Assembly: GCA_003233175.1 (NCBI GenBank)
Contig: QIKY01000054.1
Location: forward strand, 296-64,295
Direction of reading: 5' to 3'
Length of the DNA stretch: 64,000 nt
Source: Planctomycetaceae bacterium
Lineage (GTDB): Bacteria; Planctomycetota; Planctomycetia; Pirellulales; Pirellulaceae
In this document: piece by piece, positions 43,267 through 53,041 of the stretch
How the letters are laid out: every line of letters begins with the position of its first letter
Numbering within the stretch: the stretch's first letter is position 1
The notes under the pieces: generated by a model
What the model was told of the DNA's origin: nothing
Database searches by the model: none
The model's input: the letters and a program-made list of their open reading frames with translations, nothing else
Program-made: the position numbers and the translations under genes

Positions 43267-45957
43267 ATGAACCAATCCTCCCCCCAGGCCAAAGACGTCT
43301 CCCCCCAGGCCAGCGGCGTCTCTCCGCCCAGTTGGCGAGCACGGCTTTCCGCCCAACTCAGCAATAAATTCATGCCGGCGAAATACGCCCTCATTTTCGC
43401 CTTGGGCGTGTTCTTGGCTTGGTTTATGTGGGGTGGCAACGCCTCCTCGACTGTAGGAAATGAAGCCCCGCCGGTAGCGGCGGCAGGCGGACCAACGCTC
43501 TGGACCTGCTCCATGCACCCCCAGATTCGCTCCTCGAAACCGGGCAAGTGCCCTATCTGTGCGATGGACCTGATCCCCGTTTCCAAAACCTCCGGCGGTA
43601 TGCGCACGCTTTCGGTCAGCCCGGAAGCGAGGGCTTTGATGAGTATCGAAAACTCGCCCGTGGAGCGGCGCTATGTGAAACACTCGATTCCGATGGTTGG
43701 CAAAGTCGATTACGACGAAACCAAACTGGGGTACATCACTGCTTGGGTCGCTGGTCGTTTGGATGAGCTGCATGTTGACTTCACCGGTGTTAAAGTCCAG
43801 AAGGGCTACCATATGGTCAGCATTTACAGTGAGGAATTGTATGCGTCGCAAGAAGAATTGATTCAGGCGCTGAAGTACGCCAAGCAGCGCGGCGAGAGCA
43901 AAAACCGCTTCGGGCTAGGTGATATTAACCTGGTTGCATCGGCTCGCGAAAAGCTGCGGCTATTGGGTTTAACCGAAGAGCAAATCGCGGATATTGAAGC
44001 GCAGAACAAGCCCTCAGACCACATAACGCTCAACTCGCCGGTGGCGGGCGTCGTGATCGAAAAACTGCGGCAGGAGGGTGAACGCGTCAAGCTGGGCGAT
44101 CGGATCTACACCATCGCCGACTTAAACCAAGTCTGGGTGAATCTTGACGCCTACGAATCTGATCTGCCTTGGATCCGCTACGGGCAAGATGTCATTATCA
44201 CGACCGAAGCCTTTCCCGGCGAAGAACTCCACGGACGAATCGCCTTCATTCAACCGGTTCTCAACGACAAAACACGCACGGTGAAGGTCCGGGTGAATGT
44301 TCCCAATCTTGAGGGACGGTTGAAGCCGGAAATGTTCGTGCATGCAACGGTTCACCCCACGGTCGCCGCCGGCGGCCGCGTGCTCGATGAAAATCTGGCC
44401 GGGAAGTGGATCAGCCCCATGCATCCTGAGATCGTGAAGGATGAGCCGGGCAATTGCGACGTATGCGGCATGCCGCTGGTGCGCGCCGAATCGCTGGGTT
44501 ATGTATCGCCCGATACCGACTCGCTGCGGCCTCCGTTGGTGATTCCCTACCTAGCCGCTCTCGTGACCGGCACGCGCGCCGTGGTGTATGTTGAGTTGCC
44601 CGATATGCCGACATCCGCCGATGCGGCGTTTCAAACATTGTCGGCGGTCGTTCAGGAAGGCAAGCTCAAAAAGACGCAGGAGGCGTTCGCCACCTACGCC
44701 CGCATGTTGGACACGCCCTACGATCAACCGGGCACCGACTACGCCAAACAGCTTTGGAATAAATACGCTGATCGGCTCAGCCAGCATGCACTGGCTGGCC
44801 AGCGCGCACGCTCGGCAAAGCAGGCGGAACAGCATTTTGCCCGCGTCGAAACTGTAATGAACGAAGCGCGTGAGCAGTTCGCGCCCGTGGGGCAACCGAC
44901 CTTCGAAGGACGTGAAATCGTTTTGGGTGCGCGCGCAGGAGATTACTACCTTGTTCGCAATGGCCTCCAAGCCGGTGAGTTAGTGGTCACGCAAGGCAAC
45001 TTCAAACTCGATTCCGAAATTCAAATTCAAGCCAAACCCAGCATGATGACGCCCGACGGCGGCGGCGGCGGCGGTTCCGGAACCCAAGTCATCTTGCCGG
45101 CCGATTTTTATGCTCAAATCCGAGATCTGGAAGCTGCCTATGAGGGCGTCGTGCAAGCCACCGATAACAGCAGCCTCAGTGAAGCCAATGCAGCATTCGC
45201 GCAGTACCGCCAAACGCTCGGCGCCGTGGATGTTTCCTTGCTGGAGGGGCGGCCGCGCATCCATTGGAAGGAGTTTCGCATGCTGCTCGACAACGACGCA
45301 GTTGAGGGAAGCTCCGCCCCGCTGCTGGCCGACGCCGACCGGGTGTTCCTGCTTTTGAAGAGCCATATGCGCCGCATGCGCGAGCAAATGGGAGTTGCTG
45401 AGGAGCCGGAGCAACAGATCGATCGGATCGCCGTCGGCCCGGAGTTTCAGGCGGAACTCGCCAAACTCTGGCGGGCGTATTTGCCGATCCAACAAGCGTT
45501 GGCGTCTGACGATTTCGGCCAGGCGCGGCAGTCGCTGGTGACATTTGAACCGTTGCCCGCAACCGTTGATGCGGAGTCGCTCGATGGCCGCGCACAGAAA
45601 ATTTGGAAGAAGGAAAACACCAACCTGACGAAGCTGATTGCCAGCATGCAGGCCAGCGGGGATCTCAGGAAAATGCGCACGGCGTTCAAACCTTTTGCCG
45701 AGGAAATGAGTGTCTTGGCCAAGACCTTCGGTTTTGGCAAGGAGATGTCCGTGTTTGAACTGCATTGCCCAATGGCGGCTCAGGGAAAAGGAGCCACGTG
45801 GCTCCAAGACGACGATGAAACGCGAAATCCTTACTTCGGTACGACCATGCTCCAATGCTCCGACCGCGTGGAACGCGTGGTCCATGAAGATCTTGAACAA
45901 ACACCCGGCCACGGCGCGGGTGAAAAGAATCCTCATGAGGGGCATTCCCATAACTAA
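43267..45957 (+). CDS. Efflux RND periplasmic adaptor (CusB/CzcB-like) with metal-binding extensions
   Basis: CSMHPQIRSSKPGKCPICAMDL and SPMHPEIVKDEPGNCDVCGMPL ribbon motifs. A barrel-sandwich/lipoyl-type core (LNSPVAGVV..., ...GRIAFIQP). DUF3347-like helical repeats. HCPMA...WLQ and a His-rich tail (GHGAGEKNPHEGHSHN). Length 896 aa. Confidence 0.8.
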   Translation: MNQSSPQAKDVSPQASGVSPPSWRARLSAQLSNKFMPAKYALIFALGVFLAWFMWGGNASSTVGNEAPPVAAAGGPTLWTCSMHPQIRSSKPGKCPICAMDLIPVSKTSGGMRTLSVSPEARALMSIENSPVERRYVKHSIPMVGKVDYDETKLGYITAWVAGRLDELHVDFTGVKVQKGYHMVSIYSEELYASQEELIQALKYAKQRGESKNRFGLGDINLVASAREKLRLLGLTEEQIADIEAQNKPSDHITLNSPVAGVVIEKLRQEGERVKLGDRIYTIADLNQVWVNLDAYESDLPWIRYGQDVIITTEAFPGEELHGRIAFIQPVLNDKTRTVKVRVNVPNLEGRLKPEMFVHATVHPTVAAGGRVLDENLAGKWISPMHPEIVKDEPGNCDVCGMPLVRAESLGYVSPDTDSLRPPLVIPYLAALVTGTRAVVYVELPDMPTSADAAFQTLSAVVQEGKLKKTQEAFATYARMLDTPYDQPGTDYAKQLWNKYADRLSQHALAGQRARSAKQAEQHFARVETVMNEAREQFAPVGQPTFEGREIVLGARAGDYYLVRNGLQAGELVVTQGNFKLDSEIQIQAKPSMMTPDGGGGGGSGTQVILPADFYAQIRDLEAAYEGVVQATDNSSLSEANAAFAQYRQTLGAVDVSLLEGRPRIHWKEFRMLLDNDAVEGSSAPLLADADRVFLLLKSHMRRMREQMGVAEEPEQQIDRIAVGPEFQAELAKLWRAYLPIQQALASDDFGQARQSLVTFEPLPATVDAESLDGRAQKIWKKENTNLTKLIASMQASGDLRKMRTAFKPFAEEMSVLAKTFGFGKEMSVFELHCPMAAQGKGATWLQDDDETRNPYFGTTMLQCSDRVERVVHEDLEQTPGHGAGEKNPHEGHSHN

Positions 45958-46110
45958 TGCAAAACGTGAAGCGACTACGTTGCGCCCGGAAGTCCATTCG
46001 GGGTCCTCTTGTTACACACCTTTTAGCCGCGTTGGCGGGTTCTCTCATTGATTCGACTGATCTGTTCGAATGCTTTGCCCGCTGCGCCCCGAAAAATAGA
46101 TTGACGATTC

Positions 46111-49100
46111 ATGATCGAAAAGGTCATTCGCTTTTGTCTTGAAAACAAGTTTATTGTCGCGCTTTTCGTGATCGTGGTCATGGCGGTGGGCTTGGTCGTG
46201 GCGCCCTTCGACTGGGATCTGGGCGGGTTGCCGCGCGCCCCCGTGCCGACCGACGCCATTCCCGATATCGGCGAAAACCAGCAGATCGTGTTCACGGAAT
46301 GGATGGGGCGGTCGCCCGAAGATGTCGAAGACCAGATCTCTTACCCGCTAACGGTTTCACTGTTGGGCGTGCCGGGCGTCAAAACGATTCGCAGTTATTC
46401 CTTCTTCGGCTTCTCGACCATTTACATCATTTTCGACGATGACATCGAGTTTTACTGGTCCAGAACCCGCGTGCTGGAAAAGCTCAACAGCCTCCCCGCC
46501 GGCACGCTGCCCGAAAAGACAACGCCCGTTCTAGGGCCGGATTCCACGCCACTGGGCCAGATCTATTGGTACACGCTCGAAGGCCGCGACCCCGACGGAA
46601 ACCCGGTCGGCGGCTGGGATCTCGATGAATTACGCACCATCCAGGATTGGTACATTCGCTACTACCTGCTGGCGGCGCAAGGCATTAGCGAAGTCGCCTC
46701 GATCGGCGGCTTCGTGCAGGAATATCAAATTGACGTCGACCCCGACGCCATGCGAACGGCGCGCGTGAGCCTGAACGATATTTTCATGGCGGTGAAAAAT
46801 TCCAATGTCGATGTTGGCGCGCGTAGTATCGAAATCAACAAGGCGGAATATTTCATTCGTGGACTGGGTTTTATCGAAAGTGTGGAAGACATCGAGTACA
46901 GCGTTGTCGCCACCAATGATAACGTGCCCATCTATATTAAAGACGTGGCCAAGGTCACTCTGGGGCCGGGCTTGCGCCGGGGCGCCCTCGATAAAGGCGG
47001 CGCCGAAGCGGTGGGCGGCGTGGCGGTGGTCCGCTACGGGTTCAATCCTCTGGAGGCGATCAAGAACATCAAGAGTAAAATTGATGAGTTCGACGATGGC
47101 CTGCCCACCAAGGCGGTGGTCGATTATCGCAAAGCGACCCGCGATCAGGTGATCGCCTATGCCGAATCGAATGCGTTCGAGGCGTTTTCCGGCGTCGGTT
47201 TGGACCACGAAGCGTGGGTCAAACATCTGCGCGCCGCGCCGCGCAAGGAATGGCCGGCGTGGGTCACGACCAGCCAAGTGACCATCGTGCCGTTCTACGA
47301 TCGCACCGGCCTCATCTACGAGACCCTCGGCACGTTGCAAACCGCGCTGGGCGAGGAAATTTTGGTCACGATCATCGTGATTTTGGTCATGGTGATGCAT
47401 CTGCGAAGTTCGATCCTGATCGGCGCCCTGCTGCCGATAGCCGTCCTGATGTGCTTTATCGCGATGTCTTTCAGCGCTTGGCTGGCCAACTCGTTAGGCG
47501 CCACCGGAACGGCCCAGTTTTTCAGCGCCAATATCGTTTCGCTCTCTGGTATTGCTATTGCCATCGGAACGATGGTTGATATGGGCATTATTCTTTGCGA
47601 GAATATCCTCCGGCATTTGGAAGAGGCCGATCCCGACGAAGACCGGCTGGAAGTCGTGCTGCGCGCCTCGACCGAAGTCGGCAGCGCGGTGCTGACCGCC
47701 GTATCCACCACGATCGTCAGTTTTCTGCCCGTGTTCACCATGGCCGGCGCCGAGGGCAAACTCTTCAAGCCGCTGGCCTTTACGAAGTCGTTTGCCCTGG
47801 CGGCTTCGGTCATCGTGGCGCTCACGATCATCCCGCCGGTGGCGCACGTGTTGTTTACCACGCGCGTCGATTCTCGCGTCTTGAAACGCCTGCTGTATCT
47901 GGGCCTGATTCTCTCAGGACTGGTGATCGCGTATATGGTTGTTTGGTGGGCTGGAGTGATTCTGGCGGCTTTGGGCGTCTACAAACTGGCTGAGGAATCG
48001 CTGCCGGCCGCGCTCAGCGCCTTCCAATCCCGCATACACCGGGGCGGAGTGTTTCTGGCCAACGGCGCCGCTATTTTGATGGTCGGCTTGCTCCTCACCG
48101 AAGATTGGATGCCGCTGGGACCGGCAAAGGGCTTGGCGGGAAATTTTGGCTTCGTCGTGTTGTTGATCGGCGGACTGCTGGCCTTTTTTCAGGTCTTCCA
48201 ACGGTTTATCTATCGGCCGCTGCTCTGGTGGTGCCTGGAGCACAAGGTGATCTTCCTCTCGGCGCCGGCCGTGATTCTCGCCATGGGCCTTGGGGCTTGG
48301 TTGGGGCCGGCAATCATTTTCGGCGAAATCTCCGACGAGTACGTCGCGCAATCGCTGAAGCCCGAGCAACTGAACGAGCTTTCCTGGATGGAACGGCAGA
48401 AGTACGAGTTGGCCGGTATTGAATCCAGGCAGTGGGAGGGCGATATCACCAACCGATCGTTCGGCACGCGCCTGTATTGGACGCTCGCCAAAAGCTGGGA
48501 AGGCTTCGGTAAGGAGTTCATGCCGCCGCTGGACGAAGGCTCCTACCTGTACATGCCCACCACCATGCCGCATGCCTCCATTGGCGAGGCGACCGATGTG
48601 TTGTCGTTGCAGGGGCGTAATATTAACGCCATTCCCGAAGTAGAATTGGCGGTGGGAAAAATCGGCCGGGTGCGCAGCCCGCTCGATCCCGCACCAATTT
48701 CCATGGTTGAAACCGTCATCAACTACTATTCCGAGTACATCACCGATAAAGATGGATTCCGCCTCGATTTCCGCTACCACCCCGACGAAGTCGATTGGGT
48801 CCAAGATAAAGACGGCAATCTGTTATCCGCCGCCGATGGCGAACCGTATCAGGTGCAAGGAAAGTTCGCTCGTGATAAAAAAGGCCGACTCATCGAAGAC
48901 CCGCACGGCATGCCTTTCCGGCAGTGGCGCCCCGCGCTCGACTCGAAATTAAACCCCGGCCGCGAAGCCTGGAAAGGCATTCGAAAACCGGACGATATCT
49001 GGGATGAAATCGTCAACGCCGCACAAGTTCCAGGAACAACCTCCGCTCCCCGATTGCAACCCATTGCGGCCCGCATCGTGATGCTCCAAAGCGGTATGCG

Positions 49101-50307
49101 GGCGCCCATGGGCGTGAAGGTTCGAGGGCCAGATCTTGACACCATCGAGCGTGTGGCCCTGGAAATCGAAACCGTGCTCAAGCAGGTATCGAGCGTGGAG
49201 GCGTCGGCCGTGATTGCTGATCGGGTGGTCGGCAAACCGTATCTGGAAATCGATTTCAAACGCCGCCAAATCGCTCGTTACGGCCTTACCATTCGAGATG
49301 TGCAAGATGTCGTGGAGGTGGCCATCGGCGGCCGCACCATTACCACAACGGTCGAGGGCCGTGAACGGTTCCCGGTGCGCGTGCGTTACCTGCGGGAATT
49401 GCGCAACGAAATTGAATCCATGAATAAAATTCTCGTGCCCGCCAGCGATGGCTCACAAATACCACTATCTCAGGTAGCAAGTATAGAATATGTTCGCGGT
49501 CCTCAGGTTATCAAGAGCGAAGACACCTTCCTCACGGCGTACGTGCTGTTCGACATGAAGCAGGGCGAGGCGGAAGTGAACGTCGTGGAAGACTGCCAGC
49601 GTGAATTGCAGAAGCGAATCGACAACGGCCAGTTCGTACTCCCAGATGGCGTGAGCTACAAGTTCGCGGGCAACTACGAGAATCAGATTCGCGCGCAGAA
49701 AAAGCTGATGATCGTTCTGCCTTTGGCTTTGTTCATCATCTTTATTATTCTCTACTTCCAGTTCAACTCCGTGATCACGACGACGCTCGTTTTTAGTGGA
49801 ATCGCGATCGCCTGGGCCGGCGGTTTCATCATGCTTTGGCTGTACGGGCAGCCCTGGTTCCTCGACTTCGACATTTTCGGCACGAACATGCAAGGGTTGT
49901 TCCAGATCCACCCGATTAACTTGAGCGTCGCGATTTGGGTTGGATTCCTGGCCTTGTTTGGCATCGCCTCCGACGACGGCGTGGTCATCACCACGTACCT
50001 CGATCAAAGCTTCCGCCGCGACCGGATCAGCACCGCCCAAGAAGCTCGCCAGGCAACCGTGATCGCCGGGCAACGCCGTGTTCGCCCTTGCCTGATGACC
50101 ACCGCCACCACGATTCTGGCGCTGATTCCGGTGCTCACGTCCACCGGGCGCGGCTCCGATATCATGCTCCCGATGGCCATTCCCAGCTTCGGCGGCATGA
50201 TGATTGAGGTCATGACGATGCTCGTCGTGCCGGTGCTCTACTGTTCGGTAATGGAATGGAAGCTCTTGCTCCGCATTCCCGACGAACGTTTCGCGGAAAA
50301 CGCTTAA
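46111..50307 (+). CDS. Heavy-metal-type RND efflux permease (CusA/CzcA-like), oversized
   Basis: MIEKVIRFCLENKFIV N-terminus, GENQQIVFTEW, and FMPPLDEGSYLYMP at the second periplasmic loop. 1398 aa against about 1040 aa for typical members. Confidence 0.85.
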   Translation: MIEKVIRFCLENKFIVALFVIVVMAVGLVVAPFDWDLGGLPRAPVPTDAIPDIGENQQIVFTEWMGRSPEDVEDQISYPLTVSLLGVPGVKTIRSYSFFGFSTIYIIFDDDIEFYWSRTRVLEKLNSLPAGTLPEKTTPVLGPDSTPLGQIYWYTLEGRDPDGNPVGGWDLDELRTIQDWYIRYYLLAAQGISEVASIGGFVQEYQIDVDPDAMRTARVSLNDIFMAVKNSNVDVGARSIEINKAEYFIRGLGFIESVEDIEYSVVATNDNVPIYIKDVAKVTLGPGLRRGALDKGGAEAVGGVAVVRYGFNPLEAIKNIKSKIDEFDDGLPTKAVVDYRKATRDQVIAYAESNAFEAFSGVGLDHEAWVKHLRAAPRKEWPAWVTTSQVTIVPFYDRTGLIYETLGTLQTALGEEILVTIIVILVMVMHLRSSILIGALLPIAVLMCFIAMSFSAWLANSLGATGTAQFFSANIVSLSGIAIAIGTMVDMGIILCENILRHLEEADPDEDRLEVVLRASTEVGSAVLTAVSTTIVSFLPVFTMAGAEGKLFKPLAFTKSFALAASVIVALTIIPPVAHVLFTTRVDSRVLKRLLYLGLILSGLVIAYMVVWWAGVILAALGVYKLAEESLPAALSAFQSRIHRGGVFLANGAAILMVGLLLTEDWMPLGPAKGLAGNFGFVVLLIGGLLAFFQVFQRFIYRPLLWWCLEHKVIFLSAPAVILAMGLGAWLGPAIIFGEISDEYVAQSLKPEQLNELSWMERQKYELAGIESRQWEGDITNRSFGTRLYWTLAKSWEGFGKEFMPPLDEGSYLYMPTTMPHASIGEATDVLSLQGRNINAIPEVELAVGKIGRVRSPLDPAPISMVETVINYYSEYITDKDGFRLDFRYHPDEVDWVQDKDGNLLSAADGEPYQVQGKFARDKKGRLIEDPHGMPFRQWRPALDSKLNPGREAWKGIRKPDDIWDEIVNAAQVPGTTSAPRLQPIAARIVMLQSGMRAPMGVKVRGPDLDTIERVALEIETVLKQVSSVEASAVIADRVVGKPYLEIDFKRRQIARYGLTIRDVQDVVEVAIGGRTITTTVEGRERFPVRVRYLRELRNEIESMNKILVPASDGSQIPLSQVASIEYVRGPQVIKSEDTFLTAYVLFDMKQGEAEVNVVEDCQRELQKRIDNGQFVLPDGVSYKFAGNYENQIRAQKKLMIVLPLALFIIFIILYFQFNSVITTTLVFSGIAIAWAGGFIMLWLYGQPWFLDFDIFGTNMQGLFQIHPINLSVAIWVGFLALFGIASDDGVVITTYLDQSFRRDRISTAQEARQATVIAGQRRVRPCLMTTATTILALIPVLTSTGRGSDIMLPMAIPSFGGMMIEVMTMLVVPVLYCSVMEWKLLLRIPDERFAENA

Positions 50308-50387
50308 CGTTGGAGTTCAGCCTTCAGGCTGCTGTTCGCCCGTTTTTTCTTTACGATAAAACACGCGCAGGATCGTGCGGGAAAATA

Positions 50388-50418
50388 GAGTCGCCTTTCG
50401 CGCCGCGAAAGGCGACTC
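50388..50418. terminator. Hairpin between convergent genes (possible bidirectional terminator)
   Basis: gagtcgcctttcg-cgccg-cgaaaggcgactc, a 13-bp stem. An A-rich run precedes it on the + strand, which is a T-run for the minus-strand transcript. Confidence 0.55.
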
Positions 50419-50445
50419 TCAGACAATTATTTCTCGAACGGTCCT

Positions 50446-50540
50446 AACGGCGCGAAAACATGCTGAAGCATGAACTCCAACGGCGCGAAAACATGCTGAA
50501 GCATGAACTCCAACGGCGCGGAACATGCTGAAGCATGTGT
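50446..50540. repeat. Tandem repeat, 33-bp unit x about 2.8
   Basis: aacggcgcgaaaacatgctgaagcatgaactcc occurs twice exactly, followed by a diverged partial copy. Each unit contains a catgc-tgaa-gcatg mini-hairpin. Confidence 0.9.
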
Positions 50541-50556
50541 TGCAACTTCAGCGCGC

Positions 50557-52389
50557 TCACTTCGCTTCGGCCATGGTTTCCAATTGCACCAACGAACGAT
50601 TTTGCTCTTTTTCCAGGAAGGTGCGGCCGTATTTGATGTTGAGATGGTCCCAGGGAAGTTTGGCCGTGAGCGGATACGGTTCGTGGATCGCTTGCTGAAC
50701 GTCGACGCCGCAATCGGCGACGGCGTCCCACCAACGCTGTGCGTTCATGTTCTCGCGCCAGCTATCCATGCGGGCGCCGCGTTTCCAGGCTAGTTCAATG
50801 ACATCGGCAATGCGGCGGTCGCCCCGGCTGAGCAGGCCTTCCAGCAGGCTGGTTTCGACGTCGTGGCATTTTATGTTGACGCTGCGCACGCGCTTCTTCT
50901 TGTAAAGATAGTCATGCGCCCAGTGGAAATACTCGCGGGTTTGCATGCCGTTCCATTGATACGGCGTGTGCGACTTGGGCACGAAGTTCGATACGCTGGT
51001 CGTGACCCGGGCGAAACGTCCTCGAACTTCCTTGCCAATGCGGGAAATTTTTTCCGACATTTCGATGATGCCGTCCAGATCAACTTCGCGCTCGCCCGGC
51101 AAGCCGCACATAAAATAAAGCTTCACGCCTTCAAAATTATTCTGGAACGCCGCCCGGCAGCCTTCGTAAAGATCTTCATTCTTGATCTTCTTTCGGATCT
51201 GCTCGCGCATGTCGTCGCGGGCGACTTCCGGCGCCAGCGTCAAGCTACTGCGGCGTTTGTTGCCGATCAATTCCGCGACCGATCGCAACTGCTGATTCAC
51301 CCGCAAACTGGGAATGGAAATATTCACGCCCAGCGGCGAGAAGATGTCTTTCAACCGCGTGACCAACTCTTCGAAATGCGGGTAGTCGCTGGAGGAGAGC
51401 GAAAGAATCGAGATTTCGTTAAAACCGGTGTTCCGATAACTCTCCAGAGCGCCGTTGATGATCGTATCGACTTCGCGAATTCGCAGCGGCCGTTTAATCA
51501 CGGTGCTCTGGCAGAAGCGGCACTGCCAAGGGCAGCCGCGCATGATTTCGATCGCGATGCGGTCGTGTACGCATTCGATGAACGGCACCACCGGCGACGT
51601 CGGCAGCGGTGTTCCGTCAAGATCGGAAATCACCGAGGGTTCGATTGTTTCCGGAACATCGGTGCGGGTTCTTTGCAAGGAAACCAGCCGGCCATCGACA
51701 TATTCCGGCGCGTAGAAACGGGGGGCGTAACAGAACGGCAGCGCCGCCGCCAATTGGGCGAGCGCTTCGTCGCGCTGTTGGCGTCCTGCTTCGCCGCCGA
51801 CGAACTTGCCGTTCTCCCGATGTTGTTCGCGCAGTTCCAGCCAAAGGTCGCAAATCATGGGCAGCGACGGTTCGCCATCGCCGGTGACGAACACATCGAT
51901 AAACGGCGCCAGCGGTTCGGGGTTTTGCGTGCAAGGTCCGCCCGCGATCACTAAAGGATCGGCCAGCGTGCGCTCCGCAGCGCGAAGCGGAATGCCGCCC
52001 AAATCGAGCATGGTGAGCACGTTGGGCGAACAGATTTCATACTGCAAGGAGAATCCTAGTACATCGAACTCCGAAAGCGGCGTGTAGTTTTCCAAGCTGT
52101 AAAGCGGCAGGTTTGCCTGACGAAGTTGATCTTCCATGTCGAGCCAGGGCGCGAACGCCCGCTCGCAGGCCCAATCTTCGCGGCGGTTCATCAGCGAGTA
52201 GAGCACCTGCAAGCCGTGGTGGCTCATGCCGATGGTGTAGGTGTCGGGGAAAGCCAAGCAAAGCTTGCCGCGCACGTCGCCATAATTTTTGCGGACGCTG
52301 TTCAGTTCGCCGCCCATGTACTGAGCCGGCGTTTGCACGCGAGGGAAAACATGGCTGGCGAGGTAGTCTTTGAGTTTTTGATTGTACAT
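50557..52389 (-). CDS. B12-binding-domain radical SAM protein (TIGR03960-like)
   Basis: PAQYMGGELNSVRK...LAFPDTYTIGMSHHGLQVLY...CERAFAPW N-terminus and the CPWQCRFCQ cluster. I chose the start at MYNQKLKDYL (52389); the ORF track starts at 52602. Confidence 0.85.
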   Translation of the reverse strand: MYNQKLKDYLASHVFPRVQTPAQYMGGELNSVRKNYGDVRGKLCLAFPDTYTIGMSHHGLQVLYSLMNRREDWACERAFAPWLDMEDQLRQANLPLYSLENYTPLSEFDVLGFSLQYEICSPNVLTMLDLGGIPLRAAERTLADPLVIAGGPCTQNPEPLAPFIDVFVTGDGEPSLPMICDLWLELREQHRENGKFVGGEAGRQQRDEALAQLAAALPFCYAPRFYAPEYVDGRLVSLQRTRTDVPETIEPSVISDLDGTPLPTSPVVPFIECVHDRIAIEIMRGCPWQCRFCQSTVIKRPLRIREVDTIINGALESYRNTGFNEISILSLSSSDYPHFEELVTRLKDIFSPLGVNISIPSLRVNQQLRSVAELIGNKRRSSLTLAPEVARDDMREQIRKKIKNEDLYEGCRAAFQNNFEGVKLYFMCGLPGEREVDLDGIIEMSEKISRIGKEVRGRFARVTTSVSNFVPKSHTPYQWNGMQTREYFHWAHDYLYKKKRVRSVNIKCHDVETSLLEGLLSRGDRRIADVIELAWKRGARMDSWRENMNAQRWWDAVADCGVDVQQAIHEPYPLTAKLPWDHLNIKYGRTFLEKEQNRSLVQLETMAEAK

Positions 52390-52675
52390 GATGCAAATTT
52401 GCAGCCGCCCGGCTGGCGGTACATGCCTGGGGGAACATGACCATGCTCTCATTGAGAGCGCCTGTATGCAGTATGTCAGGTCGGAGGTGGTTGCAACAGG
52501 GCATCGGCGGGGCCTCCGCCAGAGCAAACATTCTCGTATCTTGGACAGTGTTCTTACCGGCGATGCTGCGCAACGTGCGCGGCGGCGGACTTTTTGATAC
52601 AATTCAGGCGGACACGCGAATCGGAATTTGGAACACCGAGAATTTGGAACACAGAGGATTTTCAGTATTCTTACG

Positions 52676-53011
52676 ATGACGGATTTTCAAACAGTGGCGA
52701 AAGTCGGCGATATTCCCCCCGGCGAGGGCCGCGCGTTCTCCGTAAACGGACGAACGGTGGCGGTTTTTAATCTGGAAGGCGAATACAAGGCGATCGACGA
52801 TTTTTGCCCGCACATGGGCGCTTCGCTGGCTGGCGGGTGCGTGGAAGATGGCGTGGTGGCCTGCCCTTGGCATGCTTGGCGGTTCGATCTTTCCGATGGA
52901 ACCTGGCGCGACAACCCCAAAATCGGCATCGACGCGTTCGAAGTGCGGGTGGTGGGCGAGGAAATCCAGGTTCGGGCGCCGCTCAAGGCGGCAGAGCCGC
53001 CAACCGAATAG
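52676..53011 (+). CDS. Small Rieske [2Fe-2S] protein (NirD-like)
   Basis: CPHMGASL...CPWHAWRF. Length 111 aa. It ends 30 nt before the next gene on the same strand. Confidence 0.8.
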   Translation: MTDFQTVAKVGDIPPGEGRAFSVNGRTVAVFNLEGEYKAIDDFCPHMGASLAGGCVEDGVVACPWHAWRFDLSDGTWRDNPKIGIDAFEVRVVGEEIQVRAPLKAAEPPTE

Positions 53012-53041
53012 GGGGAGCGTTTACACTCTCCACGAAGGCCC

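Noticed and set aside
42904-43851. 315-aa minus-strand ORF covering the repeat cluster and the 5' end of the cusB-like gene
   Set aside because: It translates straight through the hairpin repeats (family A and the 33-nt-arm hairpin) and overlaps the well-supported adaptor gene, so it is an artefact.
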